64,000 nt of DNA from a virus. Location of the stretch: positions 30,286 to 94,285 of the IMG/VR virus record IMGVR_UViG_3300030012_001865; one strand, written 5' to 3'. The translations under genes and the position numbers were made by a program. A model generated the notes under the pieces. That model saw only the letters and a list, made by a program, of their open reading frames with translations, was not told the origin of the DNA and did no database searches. This document shows, one piece after another, positions 25,528 through 36,400 of this stretch; the first letter of the stretch is position 1, and each line of letters starts with the position of its first letter.

Positions 25528-26600
25528 TGTACGGTAGCCGTGTAGTAGAACTTAGTGATGAGGAGATTCTAAGCAGGATTAGCTGCTTAGACATCTTCTC
25601 TTACTATATAGGTAAAGATTTTAAATATGGTAGAGCTATATGTTCTCCACTCCGTAAGGATAAATCACCTTCTTTTACTATCTTTAAGCACAATAGTGGT
25701 AAGTATTTTTTCAAGGATTTTAGTACAGGTGAATCAGGCGACTGTTTTACTTTTCTTACTAAGCTCTTTGGTTTGAGACGATTTGATACATACAGACTTG
25801 TAGATAATGACTTTCAGCTTGGAATATCTACTACAAACTTTAATACGCCTACCAGACAATATGTAGGTGAGCGTATGAAAGAGTTGCAGAATATAGAACC
25901 ATCTACTACTACTATACAAATTAAATCACGCCCTTGGAATGGGCAGGAGGATAAAAATTTCTGGTCTAAATATGGAATATGTTGTAACATCCTTAATAGA
26001 TTTCACGTCAGACCCGCAGAACACGTGTGGGTTAATGATCGCCTCATTGTTAGCGCTAATAGGTACAATCCTATATATTCGTATGATTTTGGGGAAGGAA
26101 AAATGAAAATATACCAGCCATATGGCAAATACAAATGGCTTAGTAACACTAGTGCGTCGGACCTACAAGGTTTGAGCCAACTGCCTGATAGCGGAGACAC
26201 ACTAGTGATTACTAAATCATTGAAAGATGTTATGTGTTTGAGTATATGGGATATACCTGCAGTGGCACCCTCGTCAGAAAGTTGTGTCATTCCTGCAGAT
26301 GTTGTCAAGAATTTATATGACAGATTTGCACGAATATACATATTATATGACTTTGACCGCACTGGCGTAGCTTTTGCTAATCAACATAGAAAGAGGTATG
26401 GATTTATACCATTATTTTTTACTAATGGAAAATTTAATACCTTTGACTACGGAGCGAAGGATTTGTCAGACTTTATAGCTAACAAAAGTCTTAGACATGC
26501 TGCAGAATTAATAGAACACACATGCCAAGAGGGATATTCATACCAGGAAACGTACCGTCAAGTAAGAACGGTAGAAGATGGACAGGAAGGTACTTTATAG
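25527..26600 (+). CDS. dnaG: DNA primase (crAss-type DnaG)
   Basis: N-terminal CSPLRKDKSPSF...FKDF..G..GD; TOPRIM ITKSLKDVM, YDFD..G, KDLSD. Confidence 0.88.
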   Translation: MYGSRVVELSDEEILSRISCLDIFSYYIGKDFKYGRAICSPLRKDKSPSFTIFKHNSGKYFFKDFSTGESGDCFTFLTKLFGLRRFDTYRLVDNDFQLGISTTNFNTPTRQYVGERMKELQNIEPSTTTIQIKSRPWNGQEDKNFWSKYGICCNILNRFHVRPAEHVWVNDRLIVSANRYNPIYSYDFGEGKMKIYQPYGKYKWLSNTSASDLQGLSQLPDSGDTLVITKSLKDVMCLSIWDIPAVAPSSESCVIPADVVKNLYDRFARIYILYDFDRTGVAFANQHRKRYGFIPLFFTNGKFNTFDYGAKDLSDFIANKSLRHAAELIEHTCQEGYSYQETYRQVRTVEDGQEGTL

Positions 26601-26908
26601 TTTCTAAACAAACTCAACGATACTACAAGAATAGTAAAAAGTATTGGGTCGAGTATAAGAAAGAATTCAAAAAATTATTAAAGGGAAAAGATTCACAAAA
26701 CAAAGCGCCGTATCGAATTACGTTTAAGTTTGTACGCAAGAGTAGACATAAGTTTGACTACATAAATCCTGCACAGACTGTACAAGATCAGATGGTAAAA
26801 TTCGGGTGGATAACTGATGATAATGCAGAAGAAATGATTCCTATATTCTTAGAGTTTGAATACAATAAAGATAACCCAGGAGTTTATATTAACGTTTTAA
26901 AATCATAA
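26522..26908 (+). CDS. RusA-like Holliday junction resolvase
   Basis: IPGNVPSSKN ... FDYIN..Q...D.MV..GWITDDN. Confidence 0.7.
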   Translation: MPRGIFIPGNVPSSKNGRRWTGRYFIVSKQTQRYYKNSKKYWVEYKKEFKKLLKGKDSQNKAPYRITFKFVRKSRHKFDYINPAQTVQDQMVKFGWITDDNAEEMIPIFLEFEYNKDNPGVYINVLKS

Positions 26909-26910
26909 TT

Positions 26911-27216
26911 ATGACAATACAATACACAGAAGAGTTTAAGACAAAGTGCTTTAACTATCTTAGACACTTCATGGATATTAGGTTACTGATGTCTGCTATA
27001 GATAATAGCAGAGATAGCGTTGTAAGATATTATCTCGAGAGAGCACTAGATGATCCAGAACTGTACGTGGATCATATGGCTGACGACGGAGATCGTATGG
27101 TTGCAAATGCTAAAATACATGCTCATGCACAGCGGCAAGAGCTATACAATGAATACATGGAATTATTAACTAAAACACTAGACAAACAAAATGTCCGAAG
27201 AAAATTACTACGGTAG
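26911..27216 (+). CDS. Hypothetical protein
   Basis: 101-aa ORF in operon. Confidence 0.6.
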   Translation: MTIQYTEEFKTKCFNYLRHFMDIRLLMSAIDNSRDSVVRYYLERALDDPELYVDHMADDGDRMVANAKIHAHAQRQELYNEYMELLTKTLDKQNVRRKLLR

Positions 27217-28183
27217 AGAAGAAATCTCTAACAGCGATTTAAATGAGTTAAAAGTATCTCCTCGCAGATTTGTTATGCGAAAACAAAGAGAGATGCAAAC
27301 AAAAAGTGCCGCTTTAGAACTTGGTACTCTTATTCATAGATTTACGCTAGAACCTGACACATTTATACTAGCAGACGTAGAGCCTGTTGGAGGTAAAATG
27401 GGTGAGTATATTAAATCTTATTATGAGTTAGAGAAAGTTGGTACGCCAGAAGATAAAATAGCTGAGATGGCGTATCAGATGTCTGGTTATAAACCATCTC
27501 ATTCTAAACCAGAAACTATTCTTAAAAGCTTTAAAAACAAAGAAGAAAATGTAAAGTTTTATGAGTTTCTAAAAAATGCAGAAGGAAAAATAGCGCTTAC
27601 ACCAAAAGATAAGCAAATTGTAGAAGGATGTCTAACATCTTTACGCGGTCATGTAGTATCTAATAAGTTATTATTTACAGAGTATAATGAAGAATCAAAC
27701 ACAGAAGCTTTTAACGAGCGAGAGATATTCTTTAAACAATATGATGTAGATTGTAAATCTAAATTAGATAGAATTATTGTAGATCACGATAATAAAACAG
27801 TGACTATTGTAGATCTTAAAACTACTAGTAGCCAAGTTTATGGTACATGCGAACCATTGCCAAAAAAGCTTAGAACTGGTGTACTAATTAGAGATTGGCA
27901 CGTTACAGGTTTTATGTATGCCTGCATAAACTACTCTTATTATAGACAACTAGCATTTTATATAAACGCTGCTATTGCTGAATACCCAGACTATGGGGTA
28001 GAAGCTTTTATTGTTGCTGTAGATACAAAAGGTTCGTATGATGTAGCAGTATATAAATTACCTCAAGAATGGCTTGATGAAGGTAATGAAGAGATAAAAT
28101 GTCTTTTAACCGAGTTAAAACATTATAAAGAAGCAAATAACTTTAGTGTAAAACAAGGATACGAAGAGGTTGTATCATATTAA
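27191..28183 (+). CDS. RecE/ExoVIII-like PD-(D/E)XK exonuclease
   Basis: ISNSDL, GTLIH...LEP, KSKLD, VDLKTT, YYRQLAFY. Confidence 0.82.
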   Translation: MSEENYYGREEISNSDLNELKVSPRRFVMRKQREMQTKSAALELGTLIHRFTLEPDTFILADVEPVGGKMGEYIKSYYELEKVGTPEDKIAEMAYQMSGYKPSHSKPETILKSFKNKEENVKFYEFLKNAEGKIALTPKDKQIVEGCLTSLRGHVVSNKLLFTEYNEESNTEAFNEREIFFKQYDVDCKSKLDRIIVDHDNKTVTIVDLKTTSSQVYGTCEPLPKKLRTGVLIRDWHVTGFMYACINYSYYRQLAFYINAAIAEYPDYGVEAFIVAVDTKGSYDVAVYKLPQEWLDEGNEEIKCLLTELKHYKEANNFSVKQGYEEVVSY

Positions 28184-28190
28184 GTAGATT

Positions 28191-28766
28191 GTGATGGGGA
28201 AGATTGATATTGTGCCGAAACAAATGCTTAACAAGAGCTATACCTACATTCTTCCTATGCTCAGCACAAAACTAGATGTTGTTAAACAGAATCTTATCAA
28301 TGCTTATATAGGCGCTGATGAGTATTCTGGATACGACAATCATATTTTTTTGCTGTATAGATATGTAGGTAATCCAAGATTTATAGAATACGAAGATTAC
28401 TTAGAACATACTGTATTGTTTAAAGCTAAATACGATCCTGATAAATATCATGTAATGTTTATTTTTGATGTTCCTAAAGATTATCAGAGAGAGTATGATT
28501 TATTTAAAAAAGGCAAATATTCTAAGTTTTCTCAAGAATATAAAATCTTGATATTTAAATTTCATCAAATTTTAGACGAAAATCATAAGGTGGCTAAAGT
28601 TCTTTATAGACATCCAGATCTTAGAGAAGAGATAGAAGACAGATTAGATACTGTACTTCCTGAAGACTCTGAGCTATCTTCTGTACCTGATCTTTCTATA
28701 GAGATGTATACAGAAGAGATGAAAATAACAGACCCTTTAGTTCCACCAGAAAATCCATTTGAATAA
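28191..28766 (+). CDS. Hypothetical protein
   Basis: 191 aa; YILPML ... DLFKKGKYSKFS motif. Confidence 0.65.
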   Translation: MMGKIDIVPKQMLNKSYTYILPMLSTKLDVVKQNLINAYIGADEYSGYDNHIFLLYRYVGNPRFIEYEDYLEHTVLFKAKYDPDKYHVMFIFDVPKDYQREYDLFKKGKYSKFSQEYKILIFKFHQILDENHKVAKVLYRHPDLREEIEDRLDTVLPEDSELSSVPDLSIEMYTEEMKITDPLVPPENPFE

Positions 28767-31175
28767 ATGAAACTACAACAACAACACCACGTCGACGAAG
28801 TTATCGGCGTACAGAAACAACACAAGTTCAAGATCACGGACGGTTCACAGGCTATCATTATGGATAGCCTGATTAATTTATACTCGGATCCTATTGGTTC
28901 GATTGTCCGTGAGATCACTTCTAATTGTATCGACGCAAATCGTGAGCGCGATCTTAAACTAGCTAAGAAGATTCCTATGGAATCCGAAGACGACACTAGT
29001 TTCTGGTCTGATAAGCAAACGGTTTGCATCGAATACATTACGAAGAACACCATCCTAGGCGTGGATGAGTGTATGATGTTCCACGATTATGGCTGCGGTC
29101 TATCTCAGAAGCGTGTGCAAGATGTATTTACTACATTCGGCGCATCTACAAAGAGAGACAACAACTATGAGATCGGTGGTTTCGGCCTCGGTGCAAAGTC
29201 ACCTTTGGCTTATGCAGATACCTTCTATGTATCTAGTAGACACAATGGTACTGAAACATATTATATGATTTATCGTAACAACGATAACGTTCCACATATG
29301 GATCAGGTATATCAGGCATCTACAGATCAGCAGAATGGTACTACTATTATTGTACCTATTAAACATCGATATGATGCTTCTGACTTTAGAGATGCTATTA
29401 GTAATCAGCTTGCATACTTTGACAATATTGTACTAAAGAATGTTGAAGAAGGTATAGGTGCAGTTCGTAACTATTATCATCATAAAAGTGTAATAGAAGA
29501 AACAGATTCTTATATTATTACTAATGAAGGTTCAGACCCATGTCTTCTTGTAGGTAGAGTTAGGTATCCTATTAACTGGGATTTACTAAAAGGTGTAGAC
29601 AAGTATGATTACAATGCTAGTGTAGCTTTTAAGTTCCAGATTGGTGTGCTTGATCTTGTACCTTCTCGCGAAGAGATACGATACACTCCTAAAACTATTA
29701 CACTTATTCAGACAGCTCTTAATAATGTGAGAAAACAGTTTAAGGACGATTTATCAAATAGGTACTCTGATCTTACAGACTATATTGAATATCTACTTGC
29801 TATATCTAATATAGGTAATGGTGGTTATCGATATTCATGTCTTACAAGTAGTGATCCATCAGCTGTAAAAGCTAGTATGGCACAACTAACAGCTTATGAT
29901 GTACCGTACAAGCCTAATGAAGATCTTACTCCTGGTGCTCAGTACAATGGTGGTAATGCCTTTCATCAAATCTTTGATGGTATATCTGTCTACCACTGTA
30001 AGAAAACTAGTAACTCTTCTGCTATAGGCGGCGAGACTATATACAACAAAGAGATATTTGACTGGCCTACTTTCTTTAATGCTATGAAAGAGGTGGAGCA
30101 TATGTATTATGTACAAGGTAACTTTAATAAACTTAAAAGTTATGGTATTATAAATGATAGAGAAGAGGGATCTTTTGTAGCATTTAAAGCAGACGTACAT
30201 AAGATAGGTGCTAAACTTGATGCTAAATCTCACAATCTTAGCGACTCTCGTACTGCAGATGTAAAACGTATGGTATTTAATATTGTGACTAGAGCCCTTG
30301 GCAGGTCTAAGTTTAAATTATCATATGATGATGTAGAAGATGCAGTGCTTGATGCGGCCCATGGTGATGTGGTTGATAACAAGACCCGTCGTAAGATAAA
30401 CAAGATGGTGTTTGCTCGCGATGCTTATGTTAAAAATACTGGTTATGAGGTAGGCATTAAGCATTCTAATAACGAGTATAAGATTTCTGATCTCCAGGAG
30501 AAGCTGCAGGCAGAAAATCCTACTTTAAAAGCTGTTGTCTATGCTGAAACTAAAGATATATGTGAACTTGATAAGGTTACTAAGATACTTAGCAGTGATC
30601 AAAATAATATCCACAATGCATATGGTGGTTATGATCAGTACTTCACTAAAGGACCTTACAGAGTTCTAAAAGTATCTAAAGATGTAGCAAAAGAGTTTAA
30701 AGATTTAGAAGGATTTATAACAGCACATGAGTTTATGAAAAGCCCAAAACACCTGCAGAGATTTATTACTGCACAGCAAATCGGTAAGTATATAGAAAGT
30801 TTTAAATTCTTATCTAACTATAAAGAGTATGATGGACCATTGTATGGTTTATATTGTTCTCTTAATAAGTATCATAATGACAATACCAACAGTTGTTGGC
30901 GTTGTGACGATGATATGAAACCTATAGTTAAAGAGATTATGAAACTAGATATACCAGACGATGTTAGGTATAGTATGAAGATGATAAATAAGCTAGAAGA
31001 AGTGATAGAATACTCACAAGGTTTAGACCTTTTGAATCATGTAGACTTTGTTCCAAAAGCTAGGAAATCTATAGAAGATTTCTTATCTTTAAAGGATAAA
31101 ATGCCTGACAATCAACAAGTTAAATTAACATTAACAGCTAAAAATCAAAATGAAAATGAACTACTTAGTAGCTAA
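28767..31175 (+). CDS. rIIA: rIIA-like protein with N-terminal GHKL/HATPase domain
   Basis: LYSDPIGSIVREITSNCIDA, DYGCGL, STKR..N..IGGFGLGAKSP, PSREEI.Y; followed by an rIIB-like gene. Confidence 0.85.
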   Translation: MKLQQQHHVDEVIGVQKQHKFKITDGSQAIIMDSLINLYSDPIGSIVREITSNCIDANRERDLKLAKKIPMESEDDTSFWSDKQTVCIEYITKNTILGVDECMMFHDYGCGLSQKRVQDVFTTFGASTKRDNNYEIGGFGLGAKSPLAYADTFYVSSRHNGTETYYMIYRNNDNVPHMDQVYQASTDQQNGTTIIVPIKHRYDASDFRDAISNQLAYFDNIVLKNVEEGIGAVRNYYHHKSVIEETDSYIITNEGSDPCLLVGRVRYPINWDLLKGVDKYDYNASVAFKFQIGVLDLVPSREEIRYTPKTITLIQTALNNVRKQFKDDLSNRYSDLTDYIEYLLAISNIGNGGYRYSCLTSSDPSAVKASMAQLTAYDVPYKPNEDLTPGAQYNGGNAFHQIFDGISVYHCKKTSNSSAIGGETIYNKEIFDWPTFFNAMKEVEHMYYVQGNFNKLKSYGIINDREEGSFVAFKADVHKIGAKLDAKSHNLSDSRTADVKRMVFNIVTRALGRSKFKLSYDDVEDAVLDAAHGDVVDNKTRRKINKMVFARDAYVKNTGYEVGIKHSNNEYKISDLQEKLQAENPTLKAVVYAETKDICELDKVTKILSSDQNNIHNAYGGYDQYFTKGPYRVLKVSKDVAKEFKDLEGFITAHEFMKSPKHLQRFITAQQIGKYIESFKFLSNYKEYDGPLYGLYCSLNKYHNDNTNSCWRCDDDMKPIVKEIMKLDIPDDVRYSMKMINKLEEVIEYSQGLDLLNHVDFVPKARKSIEDFLSLKDKMPDNQQVKLTLTAKNQNENELLSS

Positions 31176-32163
31176 AGTAACACCTAGTGATGTTACAGTA
31201 ATTATTGATGGAAAGCACAAGAGAATCCGAAAGGATTCTCCTGATGCTGAATTGGTTATTGCTCTCGTAAAGCAATACAATTCTTGTAAATTTCTTGAAG
31301 AGAGACAAGATATTATTACAAAGATAGAAGAACTTTGCAATCCTGCAAAGAAAATCGAATTTAATTCTGATGGTAGATTTGAATTCGATGGTAATTCAGC
31401 TATGTATCTTAAAGGTACAAGCGATCCGATACCTGAGTTTCTTGCTAAAAAGCTTTTGGAGTATATCGACAAAGGTTTGAATGTAGAAGCTCTGGTTAAC
31501 TTCTGGAAGAACACTTTGCTTAACCCTGATAAAGGTGTTAGACAACAGTTGTTCAGCTTCTTAGAACATAATGGTCATCCTATTACAGACAAAGGTTATT
31601 TCTTGGCATACAAAGCTGTTGCTGTCAAACGTAAGTTTGATGTAGAAACAGGTGAGGAGATAATTAATGTTCGTTATGATGAAGAGACAGGTGAACGTGT
31701 AGAAGAGAAACTATCTCAGTCTATGACGTTCAAGCCTTTTCATTCTGGCTCACACGGTATGACTATTAAAGTCGGCACGCCTATAACAATGCCGAGAGAA
31801 GAGTGTGACTCTGATCCTGATGTAACATGTTCAGCAGGTCTACACGTAGGTTCTATGGCGTATGTTCACGATTTTGGACATAGTGATAGAGTAGTATTGG
31901 AGGTTTTAGTTAGTCCTCGTAATGTTGTAGCGGTGCCATCTGACTACAATAATACGAAGATGCGTACTTGTGAGTACTATCCTATTGCTATTACAAATGG
32001 TGAGAATGAGAACATTTATCTCGAATCTGATTATGCTGCCCATGATCATGAAACTATGCAAGACGACATCGTTAAATACGAGGAGTCTAAGAGAGATGTA
32101 ATCAAGGAAATCGAGCGAGAGCTTGCAGAACGGAAAGCAATAGCTGAAGAATTGGTATCATGA
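31150..32163 (+). CDS. rIIB: rIIB-like protein
   Basis: LVNFW...LNP, ITDKGYFLAYKAV, MPR..CD.D...TCSAGLHV, VVAVPSDYNNTKMRTCEY. Confidence 0.85.
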   Translation: MKMNYLVAKVTPSDVTVIIDGKHKRIRKDSPDAELVIALVKQYNSCKFLEERQDIITKIEELCNPAKKIEFNSDGRFEFDGNSAMYLKGTSDPIPEFLAKKLLEYIDKGLNVEALVNFWKNTLLNPDKGVRQQLFSFLEHNGHPITDKGYFLAYKAVAVKRKFDVETGEEIINVRYDEETGERVEEKLSQSMTFKPFHSGSHGMTIKVGTPITMPREECDSDPDVTCSAGLHVGSMAYVHDFGHSDRVVLEVLVSPRNVVAVPSDYNNTKMRTCEYYPIAITNGENENIYLESDYAAHDHETMQDDIVKYEESKRDVIKEIERELAERKAIAEELVS

Positions 32164-32840
32164 GCCACACTGCAACTGATATGATTAATACTCGTAACAT
32201 TGCAGTGGATACTATTGGTGAATCCTGGGCCCAGCATTTGGGCTCAGAATTCTCCAAAGAATATATGAAGATATTATCTGCAACTCTTAAACGAGAAAGA
32301 ATGACGCATACTATATATCCTGAACAACAGGATGTATTCAATGCATACATTCATACTCCTTACGACAAAGTTCGTGTCGTAATACTGGGCCAGGATCCGT
32401 ATCACAATGGTGCGGCGGATGGTCTAGCATTTAGTAGTAAGAAGCCTGATTTTGTGCCTCAGTCACTACGTAATATATTTAAAGAGATCGGTTATGAAAC
32501 TAAATATCCTAGTCTAGAGAGATGGGCAAAACAAGGTGTGTTATTACTTAACACTTGTCTTACAGTTCGTAAAGGTTTGCCTAACTCGCATTCTAAAATA
32601 GGATGGCAGAATTTTACTTTTAAAACTATACAATCTTTAAATGATAAAGATCATGTAATATTTATGTTATGGGGTGCACATGCTCAGAAATATGATGAGT
32701 ATATCGATCCTAAACATACCGTATTAAAATGTGCGCACCCATCACCATTCTCCGCTCACAGAGGGTTTTTGGGTAGCGGACATTTTAAATGGATAAATGA
32801 ATATTATAAACAAACAAACCAGCCTACTATAGACTGGTAA
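32160..32840 (+). CDS. ung: Uracil-DNA glycosylase family 1
   Basis: VVILGQDPYH, GLAFS, SLRNIFKE, WAKQGVLLLN, LWG, HPSPFS. Confidence 0.95.
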   Translation: MSHTATDMINTRNIAVDTIGESWAQHLGSEFSKEYMKILSATLKRERMTHTIYPEQQDVFNAYIHTPYDKVRVVILGQDPYHNGAADGLAFSSKKPDFVPQSLRNIFKEIGYETKYPSLERWAKQGVLLLNTCLTVRKGLPNSHSKIGWQNFTFKTIQSLNDKDHVIFMLWGAHAQKYDEYIDPKHTVLKCAHPSPFSAHRGFLGSGHFKWINEYYKQTNQPTIDW

Positions 32841-32842
32841 AA

Positions 32843-32885
32843 ATCTAGCGTGTGTTGTTGATTACTTGTTGTTGTTGTGCTAGAT
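32843..32885 (+). ncRNA. Hairpin with GU-rich loop complementary to the MCP leader
   Basis: ATCTAGCG/TGCTAGAT stem; loop contains ATTACTTGTTGTT, identical to + strand 4447-4459. Confidence 0.45.
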
Positions 32886-32886
32886 G

Positions 32887-32916
32887 TAGGAAAGGGGCCT
32901 TGTGCCCCTTTTTCTA
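32887..32916. terminator. Probably bidirectional intrinsic terminator between the convergent blocks
   Basis: AAAGGGGC-CTTGT-GCCCCTTT with flanking A/T runs. Confidence 0.85.
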
Positions 32917-33363
32917 CTAATCTTGACAAGCTACAAATACTTCAATTTGTATTGTACCACTACTAGATTTTGCAGATATAACATCTATATTAGCTAAACT
33001 TTCTCCTGTACCAAGAGCAGTATCGCCGTCTTCGTGCCCATCCATCATGTTATTTCCTAGTAAGAAATGATCTTCTGATTCTAATTTTACAAAATATTCT
33101 GAATCTGACTGACTTACTCTTAATGTAATGTCTGCAGATCCATCTAAGTTTGTAATACGTAAGTATTGCACAGAGTTATCTTTAAATGTGCCTGCAGATG
33201 CAGCCGAATCAAATTTAACTACGTCTACATATGCTGTACCTACATCCATAATTCTATGTGATACCTCGTTTACAGTTTCAGTGTGTGTATTTGTTGTACC
33301 TCTATCAGTACTACCATCTCCCATAGAGACAGTTTCAGTCAGTGTTATCGTTAAGTTTGCCAT
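32917..33363 (-). CDS. Small beta-rich virion protein, distant paralog C of 8189/8597
   Basis: MANLTITL..., Y..ITNLD, FVKL...FLL, IEVFVA pattern. Confidence 0.55.
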   Translation of the reverse strand: MANLTITLTETVSMGDGSTDRGTTNTHTETVNEVSHRIMDVGTAYVDVVKFDSAASAGTFKDNSVQYLRITNLDGSADITLRVSQSDSEYFVKLESEDHFLLGNNMMDGHEDGDTALGTGESLANIDVISAKSSSGTIQIEVFVACQD

Positions 33364-33499
33364 TGTCTATAATTATATAAATTTGTATTAATCCTAAAAA
33401 AAATTGTACCTCATAATAAGGTGCATACTCTTCTGGTTGGAAGTGTCTTACTCCAAATAATAATCCTTTTGCCCAATTTATTCCAAAAGCGAATTTCAT
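33335..33499 (-). CDS. Small hydrophobic protein (54 aa), not in track
   Basis: TAATG coupling with the upstream cargo gene; MKFAFGINWAKGLLFG...FFLGLIQIYIII. Confidence 0.45.
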   Translation of the reverse strand: MKFAFGINWAKGLLFGVRHFQPEEYAPYYEVQFFLGLIQIYIIIDNGKLNDNTD

Positions 33500-36400
33500 T
33501 AATTGTTGTTACCGTATAAAAATTTAAGAGAGTTTTCTACATCTCTATCGAACTGTTTAAATATAGGTAGTATGTCTCTAAGTTCTTTACCTATCTTTGT
33601 TCTACCTTTTCTTTTACCTCTAGTATAAGTTTCAAAACCTCTTCCAGTTGCTAGTCTCGGTATCTCCTTTCCAAAAAATCTTAAAAATAATTCTATTGCA
33701 TTCTCAAGCATGCTTACAGATGCTGCAGGGCTTCTCATAATTCTTACTAGCTCTACAGGGTTTACATAGAAAGATAATTCAGAATATAATCTACGTACAA
33801 AAAATGATCCGTAAAGTAAAAGTTTTTTCTCATCGTCACTAGGCGCTGCTTTAGCTGCAGCTAGTAATAGTGCACTACTTACTCCTGATAAAATCATTTC
33901 TACAATATATATTGTAGCTCTACGTATATCGCCTCTTTCTCTTTCTGACAAAGTATTCCATCTATCTGCTTTTAGCTCTGCTTTTAAAAGTTCTCCTTGA
34001 CGTATTAGTGTTGACACGTACCTCACAGCTTCTGTAAACATACCAAACTGAAAGTCTTCAGACTGTCTACTATAATCTAGATCATCCATGCGTAGGTCTT
34101 CTCTAGGTGTAAACATTTTATCTGCACCTCTATATTTTTCTAATCCTCCAGGAATTAACCATCTACGCAGGGCAAATGCAGCTCTACCTAGTATATATCT
34201 CTGTGCTAGCGCATTATTTTTGCTAGTATAGTTACCGTTAACATAATAATTTAGTTCAAATAAATGTCGTGTTACTTTAAACTCTGCATCAGCTAAGTTA
34301 TTATTTTTTACATTTATAATCCTTCCTGTTTTAAATACTAGAGCTCCTATGTCTAGTCCTTCTCGAACTTTAAGTTTCTTTTCTTTCGCTTCGTAAATCT
34401 CGTCAAACGACATCGCTTGTTTTCTATCTTTTACGACTTTCCCCTCCTTATTTATATATTGCCCTTTACTGTTTTGTATTTTTATTGCATTTAAAAAAGA
34501 ATACATTAACAAATGTTGTACATAATGTTCTCCCATTTGGTGGAATGCATGCAGTGTACTTTTATCAGCGCTTTGACTAAGTTTAGTTGCAGCCATAAAT
34601 CTTTTTAACGCAGGACTCCAATCTTGCTCTGCCTGAAACCGTTCTCCTAATAAGTTTGTTAGAGCTCCAGGTCTCATTAAACCTATATCTCCTAGTATAT
34701 TAGGTAAATCAATTCCAAATTTGTATTCTGCATCTATTATGTCTCCAAATCCATACTCTACATCAAAGTACATACCGCTCATAGCGCGCATAGATTGTAT
34801 AGTTTTAGATTGAAACACGGAGGCAAGGGCAGAATAATGGTTAAATATAAGCATAGTATCAGATGTCCATGCCATCAAGCTGCTAGCTAATTTATTTAGT
34901 TTACCTGATCCTATATTTTTAACACCATACAATCTATCTTCTATTACAGATGATAGATTTTTGTATACGTTAGAAGCTACACCATCTTCCATTTCAAAAG
35001 ACAGTTTATCCTCACCTTTTACTTTTATTTTCTGCGCTTTCTTTTTTCCCCAATGTGATTTTCCTACTTTACTAGCTCCCACCACTTGTTTTAATGTTTC
35101 TAGTTCTGCTTGTACGTAAGAACTTTCTTCGTAGTTTACAGATCCCCAATAATCCATTAACAATATTGATGGTAAGTCATAAGACTGTTCAGACAAAGGT
35201 ACTTTGTCGTCCTGTCTATAGTATACAGGTATTTTTTGTTGCACTTGGCCGTATTCATTTAGTGTTGTATACATTAGTGCTTTTACCTGTTCCCATTTAC
35301 TTATGTCATCTGAGTTGTCTTGACCCTTTTCATAATAATCAATATCAGATGCTGTAAGTGTAAAGTTATCTTTGTATATTCTTTTTATAGCTGGTATCAG
35401 ACCGTCTTCAAAACTAGTCTCCATTAATGTTTTTTGTATTGCGGGTAATTTTAATCCTCTTCTGTTAGGATACATCTCATCTCTTTCTGTGATCATGTCA
35501 CGAAAGAACCAATACATTTTGTATTCTATTTTATTTTTATTTTTTTCATCAGCAAAGAATGCAAATCTAGGATCTATCCATTTGTCTGCTACATTATATT
35601 TACCAGACTCTTTATCTCTACTTTTTACATTTTCATTGTACCATTCTATGTATTCTTTTTTAGCTTCTATGTATTGGTAACTGTTTATACCATGCTCGTT
35701 CTGAGCTTTTATCATAGGATCTAAAAACTTTTTTCTTTCTGTCCAGAATTCAGGTTTGATTTGGTCTACTAAAAACTTTGTAAGTTTACCACTTTCTTCT
35801 CTACCAATCATGTCTCCCCACAAACTACGCATGTCTCTAGTATTTTTACCTTTAATATACTCAGACCACAATTTTTCTAGTTCTGTAACTTTTTCTACAG
35901 TTCTACGCATTGTTAGATAATCCTTCTTATCTAAAATCTCTGCAGCTAAAGATATTATATCATCTCCCATGTTACGAGCGTCAAGCATGTAGTGTGCAAA
36001 TCCAGATATATCTTTAGGATTATCTTTTAGTATACGCATATAGTTATCTACTTCTGCTTGCCTAATCATATCTGCATTACGCTCCATTTGATCTGCCACA
36101 AACTTAGCTCTAGCTTCTTGATATAGTTTACGTGTTTTAGTTCTACTACCGTCTAGCGCATTATCTTTTAGGCCTTTAGATTTTCTCCATTGTGTGTATG
36201 TTACACCACCTTTTTTAGGATTAGCAAAATCATCTGAGTACATTCTAAAATATGTCCTAGTTACTTTTCCAGGAATAGACCCCCATTTATTTGCAATGGC
36301 TTCTCTAGCTTTAAAATTAAATCTAGATTGTACAGATGCTTTGAGTGCTAGTATTTTTTCAAAATCTATACCTTTACCACCTGTATTATCTTTTGTAACA

